DNA from: a virus
Taxonomy: Duplodnaviria > Caudoviricetes
Virus record (IMG/VR): IMGVR_UViG_3300010150_000067
Coordinates: 1-34,986 of that record
Strand: one strand, 5' to 3'
Length of the DNA stretch: 34,986 bases
Below are positions 27,245 to 34,986 of the stretch, in pieces. The stretch's first letter is position 1. Each line of letters begins with the position of its first letter. The notes under the pieces are model-generated. The model was not told the origin of the DNA. It saw only the letters and a program-made list of their open reading frames with translations, and did not search any database. The position numbers were made by a program, and so were the translations under genes.

Positions 27245-27637
27245 ATGCGTTTTGCTGAAATAACTAGCATTGCTGAGAGCAATATTATAGAAGGACCAAC
27301 CGACGACGACATGGTCGAAGCCTTAATTACTATATTGAATCATGAACTTAAAAGTGCGGATAATTCAGCAGAGACTGGTGACAATAAAATAAGTTTTGTA
27401 GAACTAGTTCATACTATGAGAAACTTGGGGCATGTTATTGACTTTGGTAGTTTTAAACAAATTTATGACATGACTCCAAGCATCAAAAATTTAATAAAGA
27501 ACTTTGATAAAGACTTTATTACACTAAACACAGAAGAAGAAGTAGAAGTAGATGTCTCCGATGAGGCAAATATTGATGAGCCAAGTCAAAATACAGTTGA
27601 CACAATGGCTAAACGAGCATTAAAAAAGAGAACATAA
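27245..27637 (+). CDS. Acidic hypothetical protein with MRFAEITSIAE leader
   Basis: 130-aa ORF, ends VDTMAKRAL. Confidence 0.72.
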   Translation: MRFAEITSIAESNIIEGPTDDDMVEALITILNHELKSADNSAETGDNKISFVELVHTMRNLGHVIDFGSFKQIYDMTPSIKNLIKNFDKDFITLNTEEEVEVDVSDEANIDEPSQNTVDTMAKRALKKRT

Positions 27638-27640
27638 ACT

Positions 27641-28006
27641 ATGGCATATTTCCCAACAGCATCTTACGCAAGAGACCGCGGTCAAGATAATAATTTAATT
27701 GCTCAAGAAATAACAATATTAGAACTACGTGTATTAAGCGCGATCGCTAATAATGCATTATCAACAACGTCAAGTGACACAACAACGGTTACTATAAATG
27801 GTACAGTAATTACTGGTAGTCCTATGACAAACGACGACGCAACAGGCGAAGCATTTTACAGCGTGTGGAAAGGTAACACAGAAAGTACATTAAAAAGTGA
27901 ACAGATGCGAGAAGTAATGACACATTTTAGTTCAAAAAAATATACTATTGTTAGAAAGAAAAATACTACAACCAATGACACGTTTTATTGGGAAATTTCT
28001 TGGTAA
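27641..28006 (+). CDS. Hypothetical, probably structural protein
   Basis: 121 aa, Thr-rich, ends FYWEISW; similar to N-terminal part of 28253..29437. Confidence 0.7.
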   Translation: MAYFPTASYARDRGQDNNLIAQEITILELRVLSAIANNALSTTSSDTTTVTINGTVITGSPMTNDDATGEAFYSVWKGNTESTLKSEQMREVMTHFSSKKYTIVRKKNTTTNDTFYWEISW

Positions 28007-28221
28007 TGAGACTATACGAGTTTGTGGTACGCAAGGCCACTAAATCTCCTTCCAAAGACTCTGTTCTTACTAAAGTAGGTATTAAGGATAAGGACAAAAG
28101 CACAAAGCCAGACGGTACTTTTAGTACGTTAGGAACTAATAATGTTAAACCTGTTCCACTTACAGCCAATGACGCTGTAGAAGTTGATAATAAAGAGAAA
28201 AAACAAAAGTCTTCATCTTAG
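28006..28221 (+). CDS. Small basic protein with MRLYEF leader
   Basis: ATG at 28006 overlaps upstream TAA (TAATG). Confidence 0.6.
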   Translation: MRLYEFVVRKATKSPSKDSVLTKVGIKDKDKSTKPDGTFSTLGTNNVKPVPLTANDAVEVDNKEKKQKSSS

Positions 28222-28252
28222 ATCAGTATAATATACTAGCATAAATAATATT

Positions 28253-29437
28253 ATGTCAGAAGAAGAATCACCACAAGTAGTTAATCAAGCTAACCAAGGC
28301 ACACCAACCGCCAGTGAGTTGCGGTCCAAGGTTATTCTTGGTGATAACGATGTAAAAAGCGAAGTAAATGCGCTCAATAGTATTATTAGAAAAGCTGGCG
28401 ACACTGGCCAAACACGTATTGTAGTTTCCAGTGGCACAACTATGGCTGGTGTATATGAATATGGCTCCTGGTGGTGTATAGAGGAAATATTCCAACAAGG
28501 CGCCATTGGCAGGAAAGTTGAAGGCGACAGTCAAGGTAGCGCAGTCAGAAACGATGAAGCGAAAAAGCATTTTAACGGGTTTACCTCGGTTACTCGTCTT
28601 GGTGGCGCGGCCGCATTAGAAGGTATCATTATGCCTGATCTACTAAAACTTATTAAAAATGTTTTAGGTGCAGATGCGCTTAAACATCACTCTCAAATTA
28701 ACTCAGTACTGGCACATTACAGAAAGTTAGGTTACCAAATACATCCTGGTAACTGGTTTGACGCCACAGTTACTCAACCTATTAAATGGGTAATTAATTG
28801 GAATAATACTATTATGGATCATATTATGATGATTGATAATACACTAGTTATTGGAAAACCAACTAACTTTGTTCCGTTAGGCTCTGCAGAACGAGACGGA
28901 ACATTAGACGCGGCAGGAAACCCCAATCCAGTATCAAACTACGTCCAGCCTACCTTACCACAAACAAGTTTAGAGTTTCTCGGATTAGGAAATAAAGGAT
29001 TTGGTAAAATTAAAGTTACTCCTGCTGACGGAAAATTGGGCGGTACGAACAATGTTGGATGGAATTTACACAACCAAGCTGAGGCCGCCGGCGACTTTGA
29101 CTCAGGATCAGGAGGAAGCTCAGCCGCTGGAATCAGTAGTCAAACTGCTTTAATAGGATCACTAGCGGCAAACTTAGGTATTGTTATAGGAGAGTTAACT
29201 CAAACTGGACTATTTACATCTGAGGTAGGCCAATTAGGTGGATCAGATTACGATTTACACTCAGGAATTAGAAACACATTTGGAAATGGTGTTACACCAG
29301 AATTAGCGAACATTGATATTTTTGAAGCAAATGGTGCACCATATGCTAGTGGCTACGTCCCACCTAGCCAAGAAACTCCGCCTGACTATGGCGAAGAGGG
29401 CGGCGGTGGCGGTGGCGGTGGCGGTGGCGACCTCTAG
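28253..29437 (+). CDS. Hypothetical Gly-rich late protein with poly-Gly C-terminus
   Basis: ATAAATA 5 nt upstream of ATG; N-terminal domain resembles 27641..28006. Confidence 0.7.
   Translation: MSEEESPQVVNQANQGTPTASELRSKVILGDNDVKSEVNALNSIIRKAGDTGQTRIVVSSGTTMAGVYEYGSWWCIEEIFQQGAIGRKVEGDSQGSAVRNDEAKKHFNGFTSVTRLGGAAALEGIIMPDLLKLIKNVLGADALKHHSQINSVLAHYRKLGYQIHPGNWFDATVTQPIKWVINWNNTIMDHIMMIDNTLVIGKPTNFVPLGSAERDGTLDAAGNPNPVSNYVQPTLPQTSLEFLGLGNKGFGKIKVTPADGKLGGTNNVGWNLHNQAEAAGDFDSGSGGSSAAGISSQTALIGSLAANLGIVIGELTQTGLFTSEVGQLGGSDYDLHSGIRNTFGNGVTPELANIDIFEANGAPYASGYVPPSQETPPDYGEEGGGGGGGGGGDL
29399..29428 (+). repeat. (GGCGGT)n-type microsatellite encoding about 10 Gly
   Basis: GGC GGC GGT GGC GGT GGC GGT GGC GGT GGC in an otherwise AT-rich genome. 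Confidence 0.9.
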
Positions 29438-29445
29438 TAAAAACT

Positions 29446-29474
29446 TTGACACTTATATAGAAATCTGTTATAAT
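29446..29474 (+). promoter_or_regulatory. Consensus sigma70 promoter for the exonuclease
   Basis: TTGACA (29446-29451), 17 nt, TGnTATAAT (29469-29474); ATG 6 nt downstream. Confidence 0.88.
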
Positions 29475-29480
29475 ATATAG

Positions 29481-30161
29481 ATGATATTATTAGAAAAATA
29501 TGACTACCACGAGTTAAAACGTGTTACAACTATAGACAGAAAACGCAAGTACGAACTACCCAACGGGTCAGCAGTTCCGAGCGTTACAACTATATTAGAC
29601 GCGACAAAACCTAGAGAAGAAAAAGAAGCATTAGCAAACTGGAAAAAGCGTGTTGGCAAAGAGCAAGCACAGCAAATTAGCACAGAAGCCGCCAACGTTG
29701 GCACACTAATGCACAAAAACTTAGAACTGTACATTGAAAGCCATGAGCGCAAAGTTGGCAGTAACGTAATACACCAAAAAGCATATAATATGTCAAATGT
29801 TATTATTGCTGAAGGTCTTAGGAATGTTGATGAAGTTTATGGTACTGAAACTTCTCTTTATTATGAAGGCTTGTACGCCGGCACTGCAGATTGTGTTGCT
29901 CTTTGGAAAGGTAATTTAGCAATACTTGACTTTAAGCAAACTAACAAACCTAAAAAGAAAGAATGGATTAGCAATTACTTTTGTCAGTTAGCCGCATATG
30001 CCATGGCGCACAATGAAATGTTCGATACAGATATTAAAACAGGTGTTGTGTTAATGTGTTCTCGAGACTTGGGATACCAAGAATTTGTCATCGAAGGTGA
30101 AGAATTCGAAGAAGCGGCCGCTCATTGGAATAAAAGAGTAGAACAATACTATAATTTATAA
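29481..30161 (+). CDS. PD-(D/E)XK exonuclease (T4-like phage / MGME1-like)
   Basis: PSVTTIL, GTLMH, E...YAGTADC...ILDFKQT, QLAAYA. Confidence 0.88.
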   Translation: MILLEKYDYHELKRVTTIDRKRKYELPNGSAVPSVTTILDATKPREEKEALANWKKRVGKEQAQQISTEAANVGTLMHKNLELYIESHERKVGSNVIHQKAYNMSNVIIAEGLRNVDEVYGTETSLYYEGLYAGTADCVALWKGNLAILDFKQTNKPKKKEWISNYFCQLAAYAMAHNEMFDTDIKTGVVLMCSRDLGYQEFVIEGEEFEEAAAHWNKRVEQYYNL

Positions 30162-30163
30162 CT

Positions 30164-30694
30164 ATGAAAATAGAGTTAACTGTTACCGGCGCGTTCTGTA
30201 ACACTTGGCCTGATCTTACCATACAGCAAAACGACAATGTCGTTTTTTGTAATGCTATAAAAAACACTACTATCATTAGTCTAACACTAGACTATGCCCC
30301 TTTTTCTGTGGGTATGCAAAATAAAAATTTTGGGAACAACAACGTGTGGGACACACTAGTAGATCAAGATAATAATATTCTAGCAGACAAATTAATTACT
30401 GTAAATGAATTTCTACTAGATGATGTAAGTATTTTGTCTTTACTACCATCAATTGAATACATAGACGCTTTGAGTTCAGCCTCGAAATTTATTACTGATT
30501 GCACAATAAGATACAATGGATTTTGGAAATTTAATATAAGTAGTAATGCTTATGATTATATTATAGATATTAAAAATAGTATGAATCACAATATCAAGAA
30601 AGAAGTCAATTATCAAAGCGATGTTTCTAATATTGGAAATTACGATGATCATTATGCTATTATGCAAAAAATAAAAAGTGCTTTAAATATATGA
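30164..30694 (+). CDS. Hypothetical protein
   Basis: 176-aa AT-rich ORF coupled to the radical SAM gene. Confidence 0.65.
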   Translation: MKIELTVTGAFCNTWPDLTIQQNDNVVFCNAIKNTTIISLTLDYAPFSVGMQNKNFGNNNVWDTLVDQDNNILADKLITVNEFLLDDVSILSLLPSIEYIDALSSASKFITDCTIRYNGFWKFNISSNAYDYIIDIKNSMNHNIKKEVNYQSDVSNIGNYDDHYAIMQKIKSALNI

Positions 30695-32178
30695 AAAATA
30701 TCGTAGTATCAATTCCGCAGATTGAAGTCCACCGCCCGCCTATCAGTACAGCAATTATTGCTAGTGTAATACAACACGAAAAACAAGAAGTAACATGCAT
30801 AGATTTAAATATCGAACTTTTTAAAAAAGTAGGCAATAAAGAATTTTATAATTTAGGTAACGTTTGGGAATCTCTTAGAGTAATAACTGACGAAGAAGTA
30901 AAGACCGTAAAGGAATTAATTAAAGATAAGTTAATATCAAACATCGACGACAACACAAGAGTGCTTATAAGTGTTTTCACTTATGATAGCCTTTTATTTG
31001 CTAAAATGACTTGCGAGGCAATTAGAGAACACACTGTAAAGTGCCAAATTGTATTGGGCGGACAAGGAGTTAACTCACCAGGTGATGCACGGAGTGGAAG
31101 GAAGAACAGTGGTGAATATTTCTTGCGTGAAAATTTGTGCGACTATGTTATTTTTGGCGAGGGAGAAACAGTACTGAAAGAGTTTTTAAGAGGAAATGTA
31201 ACCCATCCAGGCATTAATTCTCCAGAGAACTTAAATCAAGTTAATGATTTAGACACACTCCCATTCCCCAACTATAAATTTTATAATTTGGATAATTACG
31301 ATTACTTAGAAGAAGAGACAGAGGTTAACATTGTAGGAAGTAGAGGGTGTGTTCGTAAATGTACGTATTGTGATGTTGGTCATTACTGGCCAAAATTTAG
31401 ATATAGATCTGGATATAACATTGCAAACGAAATGATTAATCATTATGAAAAACATGGCATTACTAAATTTTATTTTACAGATAGTCTAATTAATGGAAGT
31501 TTAAAAGCATTTAATAGCATGTGCGAAAAACTTGCAGTTTATAATCAACAGCACGACGTAGGCTTTAGTTGGAGCGGACAATTTATTTTTAAGCCCAAAC
31601 GACAAATATCAGATGAGTATTTTGACATGATTGCTGATGCCGGCGGCAATACTTTTTTTGTTGGTGTCGAAACAGGCAGTGATAAAATACGCTGGGAAAT
31701 GGACAAAAAGTTTTCCAATGAAGATATTGATTACCATTTAGAAAATTTTAAAAGAACAGGCCTGCGTTGTTTCTTTTTAATGATTGTTGGTTATTTAACA
31801 GAGACATTGCAAGACCATCGAGACAGTTTACAAATGTATGAACGCTGGCAAAAATATGTTGCTAGTGGAACTATAACGGGTATAGATTTAAACAAGACGC
31901 TGGATATCTTATCAAATACTCCATTAGAGAGAATGATAAGTTCGCATGGTGTGAAGTTTTTGTGTTACGAGAAAGATTTCACAGGAAAAAAAGGACCAGT
32001 TACTTCTACTTGGGAAAGCAGTGCTAATCCAGAATTAACTTTTAGGGAAAGAATAAGACGAAGATTGGAAGTCGAAGATACAGCAATTAAATACAGATGG
32101 CCTATTATTCGAGGAACAGAAAGATTACAAGGCGTATATAATCTTTCAAAACTTTTTGTTGAACAAGAAAATGTATGA
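30691..32178 (+). CDS. B12-binding-domain radical SAM protein
   Basis: IVLGG, FGEGE, LDTLPFP, GSRGCVRKCTYC, FTDSLING, GVETGS. Confidence 0.88.
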   Translation: MKNIVVSIPQIEVHRPPISTAIIASVIQHEKQEVTCIDLNIELFKKVGNKEFYNLGNVWESLRVITDEEVKTVKELIKDKLISNIDDNTRVLISVFTYDSLLFAKMTCEAIREHTVKCQIVLGGQGVNSPGDARSGRKNSGEYFLRENLCDYVIFGEGETVLKEFLRGNVTHPGINSPENLNQVNDLDTLPFPNYKFYNLDNYDYLEEETEVNIVGSRGCVRKCTYCDVGHYWPKFRYRSGYNIANEMINHYEKHGITKFYFTDSLINGSLKAFNSMCEKLAVYNQQHDVGFSWSGQFIFKPKRQISDEYFDMIADAGGNTFFVGVETGSDKIRWEMDKKFSNEDIDYHLENFKRTGLRCFFLMIVGYLTETLQDHRDSLQMYERWQKYVASGTITGIDLNKTLDILSNTPLERMISSHGVKFLCYEKDFTGKKGPVTSTWESSANPELTFRERIRRRLEVEDTAIKYRWPIIRGTERLQGVYNLSKLFVEQENV

Positions 32179-33448
32179 TTATAAAGATATTACTGCTATA
32201 CAAATTGAAATAACTGAAAAATGTAACGCGGCGTGTCCTTCGTGCAGTAGAACACATTATGGTTACGGTGAACTAGCAGGAATTTATCAAAAACATATGT
32301 CGCTAGATGAGTTCAAAGTCTTATTGCCAGAGCATATGGTTAGTAATTTAGATATGGTAGTTTTTTGTGGTAATGTTGGAGACGCACAAACAAATCCTAA
32401 TTTGCCTGCGATGGTAGAGTATTTGTATTCTAGTAACAATAGCGTTCATATGAATATTAATACAAACGGAGGTATGCGTAGTACTGATTATTGGGCCAAC
32501 TTTGCAAAGTACAAAAATCTTAAGATATGGTTTGCCGTAGATGGTACAACGCAGGAAGTACATTCGTATTATAGACAAAACACAAATCTAAGCAAAGTAT
32601 TAGAAAACGCCAAAGCATATATAGATGCAGGCGGTAATGCGGTGCTACAGTTTATACTGTTTGAGCACAATCAACATCAATTGAAAGACGTTGAAAAATT
32701 AGTAAAAGATTATAAATTTACAGAACTAGAAATTATTAATACAGATAGAGCAGACAATACTCCAGTATACAACAGCAAGGGAGAATACAGAGGGCAACTG
32801 CGTGGCGCAACAACTAGCGAGTATAATAATTTCCTCACTGCTGAAACAGAAAATATTAAAAATAATTTGCAAGATCCGGATGTGTCAATTGATCAGATTG
32901 ATATTAAAAATTATACGAACTTTTTAAACATAACACACGAAAAATATATCAATCAAGATAGATCGTGGGAAGAAGAAGTAGAAAAATTTGATTGGGCTCG
33001 TAGTAGCCTTGCGAATGTTGCTAATATTAGTAATTACAAAGATGTAGATATTAACAAAGTCCTTCGTGGAATTTCAAACGAAAAAAAGAATAATAGAAAG
33101 ATAGATTGTTTGGCCATACGAGAATCTAAAGTATTCATCACAGCAGACGGATTTGTTTATCCTTGTTGTATGATGGGACACAATCATACTAGAATTGCTA
33201 ATGCATATACTTACGATATTCAAGCCTTGTTAAAAGAATTTGGCTACAAGAATGACGTTAATAACGCCTTAAAATATGGCGGTATAGAAGAAGTATTTAA
33301 AACAGGTTTTTTTGATACTATAGCAAATACTTGGATTCCCCACACTACGGAAAATGATTTTCTTCGCACTTTTAATAAAGAATACAGCGATTGTGGGAAT
33401 TTAAATATGTGTGCTATGGCCTGTAGCAACTGTGATTATAACGCCTAA
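32171..33448 (+). CDS. Radical SAM/SPASM-domain protein
   Basis: Likely start MYDYKDI at 32171; CNAACPSC, CGNVGD, NTNGG, DGFVYPCC, C-terminal CAMAC. Confidence 0.85.
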   Translation: MYDYKDITAIQIEITEKCNAACPSCSRTHYGYGELAGIYQKHMSLDEFKVLLPEHMVSNLDMVVFCGNVGDAQTNPNLPAMVEYLYSSNNSVHMNINTNGGMRSTDYWANFAKYKNLKIWFAVDGTTQEVHSYYRQNTNLSKVLENAKAYIDAGGNAVLQFILFEHNQHQLKDVEKLVKDYKFTELEIINTDRADNTPVYNSKGEYRGQLRGATTSEYNNFLTAETENIKNNLQDPDVSIDQIDIKNYTNFLNITHEKYINQDRSWEEEVEKFDWARSSLANVANISNYKDVDINKVLRGISNEKKNNRKIDCLAIRESKVFITADGFVYPCCMMGHNHTRIANAYTYDIQALLKEFGYKNDVNNALKYGGIEEVFKTGFFDTIANTWIPHTTENDFLRTFNKEYSDCGNLNMCAMACSNCDYNA

Positions 33449-33450
33449 AG

Positions 33451-33458
33451 TATAAATA
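33451..33458 (+). promoter_or_regulatory. T4-type late promoter TATAAATA
   Basis: Exact box 5 nt before ATG 33464. Confidence 0.8.
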
Positions 33459-33463
33459 TACAT

Positions 33464-34986
33464 ATGGCAATTGTACAGATATCTAGAATTCAACATCGTC
33501 GCGGTTTGCAAGAAAACCTTCCTCAACTCTCACACGCTGAGTTAGGATGGGTAACTGACGAACGATCATTATATATTGGTAACGGTCCGTTAAGTGCTGG
33601 TGCTCCTATAGTCGGTAACACACAGATTTTAACAGAGCATAGCGATCTAGCAGGACTTATTAATTTTACTTACGAAGGTAACGCTAGTTCAACAGTAGAC
33701 ACTGGCGCAACAGCAGGCACTCCTATAGTAAGATCATTACAAGATAGACTTGATGACTACGTGAGTGTAATGGACTTTGGAGCAAGCGGTAACGGCACAG
33801 TGGACGACACTGCCGCCATAGCAAGAGCAATATACCAATTGTTTATCAGAGACACTTCACAAAAAGCCCGAAGAAGTCTTTACTTTCCAGCAGGTGTATA
33901 TAAAGTCACCGCACCAATTGAAGTTCCTACGTGGGCTACACTATGCGGTGATGGTTCTGGAAAAACAATTATACAATACCAAGAAACACAAACCAACGCA
34001 ACAGCAACGGCAACTATTGATACAGGAGCAGTTGCGTCATTAGCAGTTGTTAGCGGTGGTTCTGGTTATGCTACCGCTCCTGTTGTAACTGTCACTGGTG
34101 ACGGCGCTGGCGCTTCATTCCAAGCAGTTTTAACAGATGGTGTAATTACATCCTTTACGCAAATTAGCGGTGGTGGTGGTTATTCCTTTGCTAATGTGGC
34201 TATTACGTCAAGTAAAACAGCAGGGCACGATAGTTGCGTTATGCGTACAGTTGACTCACTTGGCCAAGCATCGCCAAATATCGGCAATAACAGCGCAATT
34301 CAACCGCAAAGTATTATTGTAAAAGGAATGACAGTCAAAACTACAGATACTGTTGATGTATTACAAGATTGTATACAAATTGATTCTACGTTAAATTCAT
34401 TCTTTGATGATGTAGCATTTGTTGGAACATATACTAGTGGTGATGGTTTATCTAGTAGTGATAGACCAGCAGGTTTTAAAATATCCGAAACATTGGCTTT
34501 AAGAACTAGAAATATTGTTTTCCATAGTTGTTCTTTCCTTGGAGTACCACTTGGTGTATATACTAATGATGCTGTTGAAGGACTGTCATTTCAAAACTGT
34601 GACTTTAACACAATGCATAAGGCCTTTTGGTTAGGAGAGGATACTTCTTCCGGAACTGGTCCTCATAGCATTAATATCAGTGGTTGCTTATTTAAAGATG
34701 TTGATTACGAAGCAGTTGATGTTGATTATGGTGACGGTATTCGTACAGTAGGAAATACATTCTTAGACGTTGGTAATAATGGCGACGCAGACGGAACTGG
34801 ATCAGGAGCAACAGACGCCAATGTAATTGATTTCGCATCATCGAACGTAACAGATTGTTCTAGCATATCAGATAGATTTGGTAGACAAGATGGCGACATT
34901 GGAACACATGATAGAGTTGCTACAAACAATTCAGATAGTTATGTTATTATTGCTAAAACAAAAGAAATATTTGGCAGAAGAGAACA
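33464..34986 (+). CDS. Tail fibre/tailspike with Mtd-like N-terminus and pectate-lyase-like beta-helix (truncated by window edge)
   Basis: MAIVQISRIQHRRG...LPQLSHAELGW; VSVMDFGASGNGTVDDTAAI; LYFPAGVY; SGGSGY repeats; absent from the ORF track, consistent with no stop inside the window. Confidence 0.85.
   Translation, partial: MAIVQISRIQHRRGLQENLPQLSHAELGWVTDERSLYIGNGPLSAGAPIVGNTQILTEHSDLAGLINFTYEGNASSTVDTGATAGTPIVRSLQDRLDDYVSVMDFGASGNGTVDDTAAIARAIYQLFIRDTSQKARRSLYFPAGVYKVTAPIEVPTWATLCGDGSGKTIIQYQETQTNATATATIDTGAVASLAVVSGGSGYATAPVVTVTGDGAGASFQAVLTDGVITSFTQISGGGGYSFANVAITSSKTAGHDSCVMRTVDSLGQASPNIGNNSAIQPQSIIVKGMTVKTTDTVDVLQDCIQIDSTLNSFFDDVAFVGTYTSGDGLSSSDRPAGFKISETLALRTRNIVFHSCSFLGVPLGVYTNDAVEGLSFQNCDFNTMHKAFWLGEDTSSGTGPHSINISGCLFKDVDYEAVDVDYGDGIRTVGNTFLDVGNNGDADGTGSGATDANVIDFASSNVTDCSSISDRFGRQDGDIGTHDRVATNNSDSYVIIAKTKEIFGRRE

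Noticed and set aside
29481-30161. Exonuclease as CRISPR Cas4
   Set aside because: Lacks the four-Cys Fe-S motif and has no array or cas neighbours; fits a stand-alone phage exonuclease.
4978-32170. ORF-track starts at 4978, 10250, 14264, 15772, 27988 and 32156
   Set aside because: Downstream starts (5050, 10304, 14288, 15781, 28006, 32171) fit stop-start coupling, RBS position or the shared leader motif better.
161-34929. Many short antisense or alternate-frame ORFs in the track (e.g. 346..921-, 2872..3210-, 8828..9286+, 12486..12866-, 14209..14604-, 26346..26777-, 34726..34929-)
   Set aside because: They lie within longer motif-bearing genes, lack RBS/promoter support and read like reverse-frame shadows.
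1-34986. Stop-codon reassignment, tRNA or rRNA genes
   Set aside because: Genes are intact and tightly packed under code 11, with TAA, TAG and TGA all used as stops; no cloverleaf or rRNA-like segment was seen in the short intergenic gaps.

Overview
A gene-dense, AT-rich segment of a large T4-like (myovirus-type) dsDNA phage genome, read with standard code 11. The left third carries replication/recombination genes: an AAA ATPase, a UvsW-like helicase, a gp62-like clamp-loader subunit, a Zn-finger protein, a strikingly minimal 190-aa family-C (DnaE-like) polymerase, a primase and a DnaB/gp41 helicase. The middle and right are mostly late genes behind T4-type (TA)TAAATA boxes, interspersed with accessory enzymes (three radical SAM proteins, an SGNH-like hydrolase, an ATP-grasp-like protein, a ring-hydroxylating oxygenase lacking its Rieske cluster). 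A tail fibre/tailspike gene missed by the ORF track runs off the right edge. The best candidate for an undescribed system is a set of about 12 otherwise unrelated proteins sharing an N-terminal M-[KR]-x-x-[ED]-hydrophobic...[LI]-x-E leader that resembles the T4 capsid-targeting sequence. Several appear to be polyproteins of small modules (ligase-like, nuclease-like, GNAT, ParB/Srx, lysozyme, basic Cys-peptides) separated by prohead-protease-like [LIV]-x-E sites, and in one gene a module is flanked by an exact 33-bp direct repeat. Other notable signals: apparently leaderless transcripts, a ~12-nt-periodic AGGC array before a holin-like gene, an SSB-tail mimic, and a 3' hairpin whose loop matches its own gene's RBS. 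No tRNA, rRNA or CRISPR array was seen. All family assignments come from motif recognition by eye, not database searches.
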